Shown here: piece after piece, positions 1-12,448 of the stretch
How the letters are laid out: each line of letters begins with the position of its first letter
Numbering within the stretch: the stretch's first letter is position 1
From: Lama glama
Taxonomy: Eukaryota
Length of the DNA stretch: 64,000 nt
Assembly (NCBI GenBank): GCA_028534125.1
Contig: CM052847.1
Location: 22,692,001-22,756,000, forward strand
Direction: 5' to 3'
Program-made: the position numbers and the translations under genes
The notes under the pieces: generated by a model
Seen by the model: the letters and a program-made list of their open reading frames with translations, nothing else
Told to the model about the DNA's origin: nothing
The model's database searches: none

Positions 1-711
1 GAGGACCCCACGTGTGGGAGGCCCCAAGGAGAGGTGTCAGCTTGTGGAGGAGGACTGACGTCAGCACAGAGCCCCAAACCAGGACGCCCCCGACGTGTGT
101 TACAGGGTGACCGAGTGCCTGTGACGTGTGCAGATGGGAAGTGTGAGCGCAGGCGCTGAGGGCCCTCTGGCCCCGCAGGTTCTGGTGACATGCACTCTCG
201 CCATCTGCCCGGCCCACTGGCCCCGGGACCACCTCCTGTGAGTTGGCACCAGGGCGCACTCGTGTCTCCCCGGTGGGGAGTGACCCGCGTGAGACGGGGT
301 CAGACCTCTGCCTGGTAACAAGCCGAGCGGGCTGGCCCCGAATTTACAGCAGCTTCTTAAGCAGCCAGGGGAACGTGTTCATTTTCATTTTTCTTAAGAA
401 ACCAAACAGCGGAATTGCTCTGCTCATAAAATCCAGTCCTGGGCCAGCTGCTTCGTGAGGGGTGAATTAATTAGCCTGCTTGTTAAGGGTTTACTGCCAT
501 TGATTCACGTGCTCCATCAGTAACTTTAATTCACCCACAAAACTAGTGCAGCGTAGTGCCTTGTAAAGGGAGCGGGGAACCCGAGCTGCTGTGGAAATAC
601 GGCTTCCCCCTGTTTCCTCGTTTGGGTCTGTGTGTCTGTCAGTTCAGTGCGGTGCCTGTGCCTCCCGCGCCCCGGAGAACACCCCACTCACCTCCCTCCT
701 CCCTCACGACA

Positions 712-950
712 GGTGGGCTGAGTTGTGTCCCCACTGAATTCATACGTGGGTGTCCCGACCCCCAGGACCTCGGGGTGGGACCATATTTAGAGACGGGGCC
801 TTAAAGAGGAGGCGAAGGTAAAATGAGAGCCCACAGGGCTGGTGTCCTGTAGGAAAGGATCCGGACAGACTCAGAGGACGCAGGAGCAGACGCCGTCCAC
901 ACCCAAAGGAGAGAGGCCTCAGGAGGAACCAGCCCTGCGGACCCCTGGCC
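712..950 (+). mobile_element. MLT1 (MLT1B-like) MaLR LTR fragment
   Basis: gggctgagttgtgtccccactgaattcatacgt...atttagagacggggccttaaagagg...taaaatgag...ctggtgtcctgtagg...ggagagaggcctcaggaggaaccagccctgc follows the recalled MLT1B consensus in order. Confidence 0.75.
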
Positions 951-3307
951 TCCCACCGCCCTCTGCATCCAACCCCGCACCCCTAGCGCTCTTCCATGTA
1001 AGGCCGGGGAGTCTCTCGTTCCCCCAGGACCCACTGTCCCTCCCGCTTGAACTCTCTAGTCCACGCTTGCCTCCCTGGACCGTGTCTGGGTTTCTGACCA
1101 ACACACCCAGAGTCTGTACGTTGCTCATCAGGCCTTGCTGGGGTCACCAGACACCCCTGCATGGACAGTCTGGCCTCCCCGGCCCAGAAGCCCGAAGGTC
1201 CTCCAGGGCCTAGTTGAGCCGCTCTGCTTCCTTCCCGTCTGGTGTGCGTGGCAGGCCGTTCAGTCCTGTGCATTTGAAGCTTGAACAAAGTTGCATTAAG
1301 ATGCCAGCATTCTTGGCTGATTTCTCAAGAATCCTTTGACCTCAAGCTCACCATCCCTGCCCCCCGACTCCCACCCCCGGCTGCCCTCTGACGGCCACCC
1401 CTCACCAGACAGGCCACGCAGAGCCCACATCTGTGCCCCACCGCGCACTTCCAGACAGGCCTTCCTCCTAATTCAGGGGCTTCCCAAACCCAAGCCCGAC
1501 CCCCAGGTCCACTGTTTGTTCCTGTGTCTGCTCCAGCCCTGCAGGGCAGCTGGGTGGGTGCAGTGGGCGGGGTCGGGCCCACAATGAGAGCCTGCCATGG
1601 GCTTCCCAGGGCCCCAGCAGTCTCCGTCACCGATAGCAAGCGTGGATGTGCTCAGCTCTGGCCCTGGCCGCCCTGCCCCATCCTTGGGGCTGCCGAGCCC
1701 TCTGACGGGCCGTCCACAGGCCACCGCAGCCCGAGCCAGGCGCCCCGCTGCTCTGTCCTGTCTCTCACGTAAGAGGAGAGTAAGTCCAGCGAAGCTCAGG
1801 GCTCCAGCCTCAGATGCAGCACCACTGGCTGTGGGGCTGGAGCTGGTCACCCCACACCCGTGCCCTGGCCCCGCAGCGGCTGGAGGGTGCGGGGGGCCAG
1901 CAGGCCAGTCCTGACTCCTGGCCCTGCAGCTTCTCAGAGAGGCTGCTCGCCCCCCTCGAGCTGAGGCACCTCCGCTCTGTTCACCTTCGGCAGGAGCGCG
2001 GCTCAGGTCCCAGCGGCTCTGCCACTTTGGATGTAAATGGGCCTTCTTCGGGGTGTCGTTTTCCTGGACTTGGGGAGGGAAGCTCTGAGGAAGCCATCAG
2101 GAAGACAAGCCCCCGGCCTGTGAGCATCTCCCTGGGGGTGCTTCCAGGGCCGCAGACAAGCCAGCAGCACAGGTTTAAGAAAAATGTAAAAACAGATGAG
2201 AAGTTGCACCCTCCAAAGTGCCCCGTGTTACGTGAGAGCGGCTCGGGGTGCTCGCCGTGTCAGCGGGCAGGTGGCTTCCTCCTCCAGGGTGTGGACAGGC
2301 GTCGGGCAGATCCCCCAGGAAGAGGTCTGGGGACCTGTTCTCCTCAATGCACCTCCGTTGGGGCCATATGTGAAGTTGTTCTTGGAAACTCGGGTTGTTA
2401 CACATTAGTCAGCACTTACTCATTGGAATGCAGAAATAGAATTAATTTAGTTCCGTTAAACTGGGAGGAACCCAAACCTGTTTCATCTGGGAGGCGGGTT
2501 TTTCCCCCCAGATCTCCGTGGACCTCTGTTCTGAGTTATGCGTCCAGAATCATCATGTTACATTTTAAATCGTATGATCCAAGCAGCGTTGGTCTCCATC
2601 TTTGTCTCCAACATCACACGGCTACGTTTCCAGGGAGGGAGGTGACACTTCCCGACCTCCCCACCCCCAGCTGAGCACCCCTGCCTTGGCCGTCGTGTCT
2701 GTCCTCCTGGTCCCCATCCATCCCCCCTTCACTGGCCCCAGCCTAATCTTTCCCCCCAGAGTCTCTCCTGTGGGGGTGACTGACTTTGTGCTCAGCCTTG
2801 GGACTGGATAAGTGTCGCAGCCGTCCACGTGTCAGAGGTGCTGAGTTTCCATCAGACAGTGGTCTTCAGGAGAAACAAGCTAACACGGAAAGTTTAGGAT
2901 GGAGGCCGGTCGGAACGTGTGTTGAGCACCTGTCTCCCGCTCCTCCTTGCCTTTGTTCCTGTACCCCATGAGCCAGGAATCTCCCCCCAACCCCAGAGGT
3001 GGAGCAAGTGACAGTAGCGGCTGACCCGTCCGGGGAGGAGCTGGGGGAACATGCGTTTCCAACACTTCCCACCAAAGGATCAGTCTTCAAGGAAAGCCCA
3101 GCCTTAAATGTCTTCAGGGAGTGGTTCTCCCAGCGTCACAAATACAAACCAGACCTTACAAACAAATGGGTCAAACGGCTGCATCTGTAAGCCTGTGCGT
3201 CACCCTGGGGTTGGGAGGTCGGGCTAAGTCACACATGTGCGCCACACGCGATTGTACTGGGGTTTCCACACGCACAGTGAACCGTTCCTCCCCACGCCAA
3301 GTTCTCC

Positions 3308-3839
3308 TGTTGTGGAAAAATGTGTTACAGCTCCGTGTTACAGCTCAGGTTGTGACAGCAACCTGGATCTGGGCGAGAGACCAAGCAGCACTCAGGGAGT
3401 CAGAGAGCTCAGGTTTATTATGCCAGTGGGCCCAGAGGAGTTAACACTCCAAACTCTGGGCCCCGCTTGTAGGTTTACACAGGCTTTTATAGGCTGCCAG
3501 TTTACACTTTGCAACATTGTTATGCAAATAAGGTATAACAAAGGTTGACCAACTGGGAACAAGCTTTGAAGAAATAGACCAATCAGGAGTGAGGGAAATG
3601 GACCAATCAGGAGTGAGCTCCATGCAAATAAAATACTATAAAAGGACCGATCAGAAATTAGGGAAATGGACCAATCAGGAGTGAGCTCAGGGAACCAGTA
3701 GAATTTTAGGGGTAAGTAAGCTCTTTCAGAGGCAAAAAAGTGAGCTGGAGCCTCTGGGCCAGGGAACCGTGTGGTGCCGGCAGGAGAGCAGCGGCCCTGC
3801 CTGGGGGCCCTGCCGGTCTTTATGGGGCTTCCCACCTCA
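3308..3839 (-). mobile_element. Solo LTR, ERV1-class (copy A)
   Basis: TG...CA termini with a 4-bp TSD ctcc (3304-3307 and 3840-3843). On the minus strand: TATA box (tttata near 3486-3491) upstream of AATAAA (tttatt 3414-3419). Tandem gaccaatcag CCAAT units and octamers at 3522 and 3622. Homologous to 34381-34859. Confidence 0.92.
3515..3529 (+). promoter_or_regulatory. Perfect SOX-OCT (POU5F1::SOX2-type) composite motif within the LTR U3
   Basis: CATTGTTATGCAAAT read directly from the sequence; function untested. Confidence 0.55.
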
Positions 3840-4514
3840 CTCCGTGGAGAGCTAGTGATCTTCTGAAGGAAGGAAAGAGTGATGAATGATGTCAGTTATT
3901 CTCAGTTTCTTTTTGATTTAAACAGTAGTTGCCAACGTCCCCAAGCAGAATGCAAACGTAGGGCTGAAAACACAACCCCCCGATTCTGCCGTTCTTTCAG
4001 AAAGTTGTTTACAAGAAAGTCTTCAGATTCCTAGCTTACAAAACTAGCAGCGCTTTTGTGTTTTAAAGAAAAACCTATTATTCTTAGAATATGATTTCTG
4101 TGTCTAGAGAACTCAGGTGAAATGATCAGATTCGTAGGCAATTAAACCCTTAACTGATTTGACGACGTGGCAAATGGATGAGTCTAATTCCTAGAAGGAG
4201 GCAGGTGCTGCGGTAAGAGCACTCACTCCCTGCGGCCTCCTCCCCGGCAGCTCATCAGAATGGAGGTTAGGGATAGAATTAGAAACTGGGAAGTAGACCG
4301 TGTGAGACCCTGGAGGCAGCCTCTGTCGGCCTCGTTTGGGGGTGCACGCGTCGGGAGCAGCCCCGCGCCCTTGGGGACTGGGAAGGCTTGCTCCCACGGC
4401 CCACCGCCTTCCATGGCTTGCAAGCCAGGGCTTCAGCGATGGGCTGTGTGGAGAGCCCCGCGCGGGGGAGCAGGTGGGAGGTGTTAACTGTCACCGTCGG
4501 GGCGCAGAAGAGTC

Positions 4515-4665
4515 CCTCCCCCTCTTCCAGTCTCTCACTCTCTGTCTCTCTCACTCTCTGTCTCTGTCTTTATCTCTCTGTGACTCTGTCTCTGTCCTTC
4601 TGTCTCCCTCTGTCTGTCTCCCTGTGTTTCTGTCTCTAGCGCTGTCTCTCTGTCCTCTGTCTTCT
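4515..4665. repeat. CT/CTGT-rich low-complexity tract
   Basis: Degenerate (TC)n/(TCTG)n. A shorter similar tract lies at about 6707-6760. Confidence 0.85.
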
Positions 4666-6499
4666 GAGTTCGTCGCTAAGAACATCTGGCATAACCTAGT
4701 GCGTTTGAGACTTCATTTCTCCCAACGTCGGTTAAACTCTGGACACTTTAGCTCCCTAATGTCCATGATGGGAGGGGGAGAGACAGGGACACAGAGACAG
4801 AGAGATTCCAGGACAGAAGAGGAGTTTCCAGGCTTTGATCCTGGAGAGCGCTGCACCTCACATGGGCTTCTCCACGGGCCCCCGAGATCTCCCACCCCAG
4901 TCCCTGCATCTCCATCTGCTCCATTGATCACAAGGACAAAGCCAGGATTTCAACCTCTTTGTGCAGGTTGGTCCAAGAACAGCAGAGCTAAGGAAGCTCA
5001 GTACTTCTGTGACCGTTGTTCCTCCTCTGGGATGAGATTATCCTGCTGAAACCAAGGACGGCTGTGGCACGTGAGTGTAGCCGCTGGAAGCACCTACTGC
5101 TTGTTTTTAGGGTTGGGTTCTGTCACGTGGGGCTCTCGCCCTCCATCCCTGCGTGCCAGGCACCAGCTGTTTGGTTTCCTGGGGACTGACCGAGTCTGCG
5201 TCCCTTGCACCCATGTAATTTGTTTGTTTTGGCAATCTTTATTTCCTTTCCCAAGTTGCTACTTCCAAGACCAGGTCCCACGAATTCCCACCGGCTCCCG
5301 CAGTAGCTGTGCACGTAGGAGGGAGGAGTAGCAGCAAATGCGGGCACAGCTTCGCAGTCGGTGGAGAGGTGCTGCAGGGAGACGCGGCGCATCCGCCCCG
5401 GAAGACCGCGGCCACGCACCTCGGCGATGTTCGCTTTCCAGCAGCTGATTCAGCTGAGGAGACAGACCCCAAACCGTTAGTTAGAACTGAAGGCATTCTG
5501 GGCTCGGCAGTCTGCGTCCTGAACAGAAAGCGGAGCATCGTATACCCTTTACTTTTGTGTATTTCTCTGTATAATAATAATTCTGATGCTTGGATGAAAT
5601 AGGTGCCACTGGTGTGCGGCAAATAGGATTCACGGTCAGCCTGGCTGAATCACGGAAGATGGAGAAAAACAAAGGCAGAGCCAGGCCGTCCCCCTCCCGG
5701 GACGGACTGCGCAGTGCGGCGGCCGGGCTGCGGCTCCAGCCCCGTGCTGTCTGGCGGCAGGCGTCTTCCACAAGTGCTCTGCGATGACTGCGGAGATCGT
5801 CCCATCTCCCTCCTCGCTTCCCCCATGTAGGCGCCTGAAATCCACTGAAGAAGTTCCGAGGACGTGGCGGATGTGAGATGACAGAGGACCGGGGCGGGGA
5901 GGGGTGCGTGGAGAGAAGGGGTGGAGGGGGTCTGACTCAGGCCACGTCTCACGTCAGTAGGCGAAGGGCGCCAAGCCTGTGCTGTGCACAGAGATCGTCT
6001 CTGCGAGGAGGTGAGTGGACACCGGAAGAGGCTTGAGTGTCACGAGGCCGGAATGACTCACGCACTAGATCCAAAGACACGGACTGAGAAACGTGCGGGT
6101 GATGACGGGCAGACGGACCGGAGCCCCGCGTGTCCTGGGAATGCTGTCGCTGGGGTCCGGCATCCGCAGGTTGGAAGGACGCGCGGACACTTTCCAGATA
6201 AGAGGGCCGAGCCCGCAACCGGGAGGAGCCTGGGCCGCTGTCTGCAAGCAGGGCACGCGAGGGCGGGAGGAGGCCTGGCCCCTGAATTCTCTCAAAATTA
6301 GGTGATTAAGACCTTGGGTCCTTGGATGCTCCCTGCAGACCACTGGCCTGGGAAAAACAAAAAGATGGAAAGAAAAGGCCAACGATAACAGCGTTAAGAT
6401 TCAGTGTTGCACCTGGGAAGGCTGAGTGCACGTTCTGCGCGCAAGAAGCCCCTGTGCAAAGGCTGCACACTGTGTGGTTCCAACGCTGTGACGTCGGAA

Positions 6500-6670
6500 G
6501 AGGCACAGCTGTGGGGACAGTAGAAGGACCGGTGGAGGTGGGGGTTCAGGCGGGAGGGCTGCGTGGGGGGAGCACAGGGGCTTTTAGGCGGTGATACTGC
6601 TCTGTGTGACACTGCAGTGGTAGACACGTGTCATCGTGCGCTTGTCCAAACACGTAGAGGAAATTAAGTC
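6500..6670 (+). mobile_element. Old L1 (L1MC-like) 3' UTR fragment
   Basis: ttttaggcggtgatactgctctgtgtgacactgcagtggtagacacgtgtcatcgtgcgcttgtccaaacacgtaga resembles the recalled L1MC 3' end. Confidence 0.65.
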
Positions 6671-7109
6671 TTAAAAAGATTGTGTCGCCCAGAGCTAGAG
6701 GAGAGCCCTCTCCCTCCCTCTCTGTCTCTGTCCATCTGTCTGTCTCTCTGTCTGTCTGTCCCCACGTGTGCACACACGGGCAGGAGTCTGTTTGCTCCAC
6801 AAAGCGGCCCAACAGTTTTGGTGATCCTTCATGCATTCAGCAAACTTCTGCTACCTCCATCTCACTGTTAAGTGGCCGCAGGGGGTTAAGAACTGATCAG
6901 GTCGGGCTACTTCCAGCGAAGGGCTCGCAAGCTGAGGCGGGAGGTGAGGCAGGTGTGTCTGTCCCCACAGCCGACAGGAGACCCGTGCACAGAGGAGAGG
7001 TCACAAAGGACGGGATTCTCTCTGGCCAGGGGACCGGGGACACTCTGTGGAGGAGGTCCCTTGCTGTGCATCTGCCGTGTGCAGAGAGCAGCACCGGTGT
7101 CAAGGCACC

Positions 7110-7699
7110 GCCTGGGTGTGCCCGCCTGCCTACCCGCAGTTGTCAGTCGCGACACCAGGCTCTGGGGACAGAAAGGAGGGCGTTCCCTGTGAGGCTTTCT
7201 AGCACAGGGCCGAGCAAGGAGAGCAGGCAGCTCATGTTCCAAACCTCGAGCTCTCCGGGGGCCTGCAGGGAAGGGTGTTAAAGGCAGGTGAGGGAGGGGC
7301 GCGGGGCATGATCGGCTCGTGGGCTTTTCTGACAGCTGGTGGCGAGGTCACCGGGAGTCAACACAACCTACCTTCTGGCTCCGGTGGCCTGGGGTCTGCG
7401 TACTGTGGGCTGCATGCAGTTAACTTCCCCGACCTGGCGGGGGTTCCAGGACTGGCAGAACGGCTCAGGGACACGGCTCAGGGTCTTATCTATAGCCCTT
7501 GAGGAGGAACTAAAGGTCCTTGACTTTGGTTTATGGCTGCACTAGGGTCATTTTGTCTTGATTGACTGTTTTTCTTTGGTTTGGTGTTCTTTTTAATTAA
7601 ATTTGGGTTTTGGAACTCGGGGAAGGCCTGGGAGGTTGAAGCTGTTTTTGTAAGTGAGAGCTGAAGGGCACGGGCCCTGTTGGGTCTCACCAGCTGTCA
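7110..7699 (-). mobile_element. Older ERV1-class LTR (MER41-like laurasiatherian family; exact family uncertain)
   Basis: agcaaggagagcaggcagctcatg...cagggaagggtgttaaaggc...tatctatagcccttgaggaggaactaaaggtccttgac...ttggaactcggggaaggcctgggagg matches the antisense of a recalled LTR family. Ends approximate; TSD not resolved. Confidence 0.65.
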
Positions 7700-10544
7700 C
7701 CCATCACACACGTCCCCTCCAGCCCCCACGCTGGCGCCCGGGGCCCTCGAGGGGCGGCACCTCGTCCTAACAAGAAAGCTGAGGCAGCGACGGTTCCTGC
7801 CAGACCCGCTGTTACCTTCTATCCGTTGGTTTTCCCTGTTTTGGGCCCGTGACTTTTATCTCCTGCCTCAAGATGAAAGCATGGTCAGATCTGTAGAGAA
7901 TGCTATGAGCTTTCTAGATTTCCTGAAACCATCCCTCCACACGGGCCCATCTCTGCCAAATCCGGCCCAGAATGTGCTGCGCGGCATCTACACCCGACGT
8001 CCCGGCTGGTCTAACCAAGGGCGCGTGTGTCCCCAGGAGTGGAGCCGCATCCTCGGTCTGGGCCCGCCCACCATGGGCAAACCTCACCTCCTCCCAATGT
8101 GAGGTGAGAGGAAGCGAGATTAACCGAGGGTGAGTCAAGGGTAACGTTCACTAAGTTACGAGGCGACCGGGGTCACTGTTCGTCGTGGGGGGGCCCGGGG
8201 AGTGGGCGCGGAGACTCCGTCCACACCCGCGGGTGCAGCGGGGACGCGAGCCTGGATTCGAGGAGGGCGAGGCCAGAGATAAGTGTGCAGTCAGTGGGGG
8301 GTGGGGGGCACGAGGACCTGCTGCGGGCTTGTGGCTGCCGGCTTTATGTGACACCGCCAGCAGGCTCTGCGGCCAGACTGCAGACTCTCCGTGCAGACGC
8401 GGACGAGTCTGTCTTGGAGCAGGCAGGCCCAGGGTGACTCCAAGGTCGGGTGTTTCCCACTGAGCCTGACGGGCAAGCCAAGTGGCCCCGGGCCCTGGAC
8501 TGGAGGCCGGTGGTGCAGAGGGAGGGTGCCGGGACATTGGATTGAGATGCGGACTTGAGGCCGGGGAGGGGGGGGAGGTGGCACTGAGACTCAGCAGCTC
8601 AGAATTGCGGGTCCCCAGGAGGCACAGGTTTGGGGGATGGCTATGGGGCCTCACTGGTGGGGTGAGATGAAGGACAAGATTTATGGACGGGGGAAGTTCA
8701 CAGAATTAAAGACCTGATTCTCATTTTCATGGATATGAAGGTCACCAGAAAGAATGACAGGAGGGGAGGGCAAGAGGCGCTGTTCCCGGTGCTGAAGTGA
8801 GAGGGAGCTGCGCAGGAAGTCTGCAGCGCCGAGGGGGCGGGGCTGGGGCCCAGCGGGTGCGCCCCAGACGCGGGCTCTGTGTTCTCTCTGCAGCCTCACA
8901 GAAGTGCAGCTCCTGACCCCCTCCCCACTGTTGAGCAGAAGCCCTAACTGAACAAGCTACCCGGCGACTCGGCACACAGTGAAGCTGGGGGAGCACCGGG
9001 GAGGGTGGAGGCAGAGAGACTGTTCAGGGGAACGTTGGCTGGTGGCGGGTTCAGCGGGACAGGACCTCAGGGAGCAGTGTGGAGGGTGGAGGAGGGTGGA
9101 GAGTCGCCGTGAGTGAAAGTAGGATGAGAAATGCAAGATCTCAGACCACCTGTGTCCCCACCCGCTCCCAGCGCTCTCCAGAGGGGATTTGCCCCCACTG
9201 AGGGAGTTTTCAGAGAAGAGTGGTGGAGGGGAGGGGTCTTGGCGACATTCCTGGGGAGGACGAAGAGCGAACAGCCCCCAGGCCATGCTGTCTGTGCCCC
9301 CATCCTGTGAACTTTGACCCCTGACGTCACATTGGACACTGGGAAGAGGAGGGTCTGGGCCCTCACTTAACGTGGAACCTGTGGAATACAGGCAGGGGAG
9401 AGCTCTGCGCGGGTACGTTTAAATACGTTTTCATGTTTTCACAAAACCATGAGCTCTGCCTCCTCGTCCTAACCCCGGGGCCCGGGACGTCCGGTCAGGC
9501 TGTTCTGCACTGTCGCCAGGAGCACACGAGAGGGCGGGGCCGGAGTCCGAGGGGGCGGGGGCAGCAGGGGCAGGTTAGGGGGAAGGGGTGCAGGTCACCA
9601 TCTGGAGTGGGCGGTGCTGGTCCGCTGGGCACAGGGCAGAGGCGGCCTCAGCAGGCGGATGCTGGGGTCATGCTCCTAAATGGAAGCACCACCTCTAGCC
9701 CCGCCAGAGCACACTGACGGCCCCCGTCAGGGCCCCACAGGGAGCAAAGCCACCAGAGCACTGAAACAGGGGATGGGAGCAGAGTCCTTCCTGGACGGGG
9801 GAGGGGCCGAGGAGCCGAGAGAAAGAAGCCCCTGGAGCCTGGCCTGGGGACCCAGAGCTGGGCCACCCCAGAGACCAGCTGCAAGGCAGTGAGGAGGGGC
9901 AAGGGGAGGCTGGTCAGAGGGGGAGCAGAGCCAGGTTCCCCCCCCAGGATCGGCCCCCCGGACTGCAGGAGCAGGTGCCCCTGCCCCTCCCTCTCAGGCT
10001 GGGGCTGCTGGCTGCCTCCTTGCCCACCACCTGTGTGACTTCAAAGCTCTCCTGCTCCTCGGGAGCAGGGACTTCATCCACAACCAGGCTGGGTGGGGGG
10101 TGCGGAGGTTCCCAGGCATGTGATGGGGGTCTAGGGCCCCGTCCTGTGACCCCCTCTGCAGAGAAGGAGAAACCGTGAGCTCTTCAGCCCTGCTCCAAGT
10201 GCCTCTTTCTTCCTGACCCACCACCCGCACGCATGCACCTGTAGGCCTCTGGGTAGGAAGGCCTGTGTGTTGCTCTGGAAGTGGCCTGTCTGAGATCCAA
10301 CAGGGGGAGCAGGGGTGCTCTGAACAGCGCGGACACCTCGAGCCCGGCAGAAGTCTCCTCTCTGATTAAAGGTGTCCTTCCTGCCTCCCGGACCCTCCCC
10401 CTAGATCAGGCCAGAGGCTCCGACAGGGCTGGCTTCTCTCGCTCTGCTGAGCCCTCAGGATCCAGCGTTTGCGCCAGTTCTCAGCAGCGCGGGTGCCAGA
10501 GAGGTTTGAACCACATCCAAAATGCATGTGCCTCGTAGCCCGGG

Positions 10545-10685
10545 AAAAGACAGCAATTAAAAGCAGCTAAAACCAAGCAATTTATGACTTACAGATGTCA
10601 ATTTATGACAGAAATCACTGCGTATATTGTGCCAGCGAAGTGACATTTATTCAGTAATTAATGATTAAAGCAGTAATTTCCCACG
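10545..10685. promoter_or_regulatory. Candidate enhancer (HOX/TALE motif cluster)
   Basis: AT-rich non-repeat island with CAATTTATGAC twice, TGTCA/TGACAG, TGACATTTATT and TAATTAAT. Confidence 0.45.
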
Positions 10686-12124
10686 TTCGCAGCCACCTGG
10701 TGTCTGGTGGCGGTTAGAGGGCGCACTCGCCAGGCCAGCTGCACTTCCTGTGGTGGGGAGGGTCCCAAACTGGGCCCCAAACGAGCACTCTGTGCCCGGG
10801 GCGGTGCTGCCCCATCTCTGCCCAGAGCGTTCCAGGCGGGACGGGCACAGCCCGGGAGCCTGTGCAGCGTCTGCCTCAGAAACCCTCGCCAGAGTTTGCT
10901 GAGGGAGCGCCTCTAACTGAAGGCGTCAGCGGCTCGATTCCACGGGCAGCGAACGGGCAGTATGACCAGCGGCAGCGCCTGCAGGAACCACGAGGGCTCA
11001 TGGGCCAGGCGTGGCTGCGGCCGGGGCTGCCCCCGGGGGAGTCTGAAAGTCGCCTCCTCCTTGTGGCTCCGGTCACGGCTGTGAGGAAGCTGTCCTCTGG
11101 CCCCTGAGCCTGACCTCGGGTCCACGTCCCACTCCCTGCGCTCTGCAGCTTCCGGCCCTCCTCCACCCGACCCAGGGGCCGAGAGAGCTTTGCTCACGCA
11201 GCTCTCGGGCCTGGGAGCCCTCTGGTGTGTCCCGGGGTTCCCGCTCTATTTTCCCCTCCCGTTCATGGAAGGCAGGCAACTTGCTTTAGAAATGATGATA
11301 AAAGTTAACAAGTTCCAGAGCCCACGCCTGGCGGGCAGTAGGGCCCATCGCTGGGCCCAGAAGAGAGTCAGGCAGAGACCGGGGTGGGGAGGGGGCAGCC
11401 ACGTGCCCCTGACTTCTGCCCCGACTGCCCCTTCAGTGACGAGCAGTGAGAATTCTTCATTCCTGTAAATAGGACACCCAGCCTTATTTAAGTCCGTTGC
11501 CAGAGAGAAAATGTCTGAGGTCCGCACGTGGCTGGACTTCATGGCAAAAGAGCGGCCAGCAGCTATGACACCGCCAGCGCCGGCTCAGGGAGGGAGGGTG
11601 TCCTTTCTGTAGAAATGCGCAGAAAAGGAAATCCATTCGCTTCGTCCTTGTTCGTGGTCAGACAGTTCTGAACCGCAGGCAGCTTGCTCTCTGCAAGACC
11701 AGACCCCTGAGGCCGAAGGCCCATGGCGCTGAGGTGTGTGTGAGTGGCGCTCCTTCCCTGGGTGTCCCCTGACCGGCAGAGGGTCTGCGTCCTCCCTGAC
11801 AGGGAGCTTGGGCCTAGGGGGCCCAGTTAGCCGCCGGTGAAGAGGAGGCCTGGGTGCCTCTGAGACGACTCTGTGTCCGAGGTCCTGCGAGTCTCTGGTG
11901 TTGGAGAGGTTACCTTGCGTGGGGGAGGGGGTGGGGATGGAGAATGGTGCTGGTGAGAAAGGAGAAGTGAAAAGCGGTGATGGCTGCGTCATTTTCCTCA
12001 TCTGAACCGCCCGCTCTGGCGTCTCCTAGATGGTTGAGGAGTCGGGCTGGAAGGCTTCCACGCCAGGACCTAAGCTGGGCAGCGTGCCTTCCTCTCTCAG
12101 AGCGAACGCAGCATGCCTCGTGGG

Positions 12125-12448
12125 CCTGGGTCTCCTGCTCCCACGACCATGACACATGCCGCCTGCGGGTTCCTCACGTCCTGGGGGCTGGACGTCCGAG
12201 GTCCAGGTGTCGGCAGGGCTGGCTCCTCCCGAGGCCTCTCTCCTGGGTGTAGACAGCCGTCTCCCTGTGTCCTCCCAGGGTCGTCCCCTGTGCGTGTCCG
12301 TGTCCCGTTGGAGCAGGGCCCACCCACATGGCCTCATCTGACCCCATCACCTCTGTAAAGACAGCCTCCCCAAGCGCAGCCGCATCCTGAGGTCCTGGGA
12401 CTGAGACCCCACATACAGAGCTGGGGGAACACACCTCAGCCCACAGCA
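12125..12448 (-). mobile_element. MLT1B-like MaLR LTR
   Basis: ggctggacgtccgaggtccaggtgtcggcagggctggctcctcccgaggcctctctcctggg...cacctctgtaaagac...ctgaggtcctggg...gggaacacacctcagcccacagca is antisense to MLT1B. Confidence 0.8.

Noticed and set aside
1814-2674. 286-aa ORF, and similar long ORFs at 13642-14478, 23711-24541 and 35336-36052
   Set aside because: Pro/Gly/Arg/Ala/Ser-rich with no recognisable domain, and overlapping ORFs occur in several frames. Some run through L2 or MER20 relics. This is expected in GC-rich DNA.
4336-5049. 237-aa ORF with an apparent hydrophobic Leu/Ser segment
   Set aside because: The segment is a translated CT/CTGT simple repeat.
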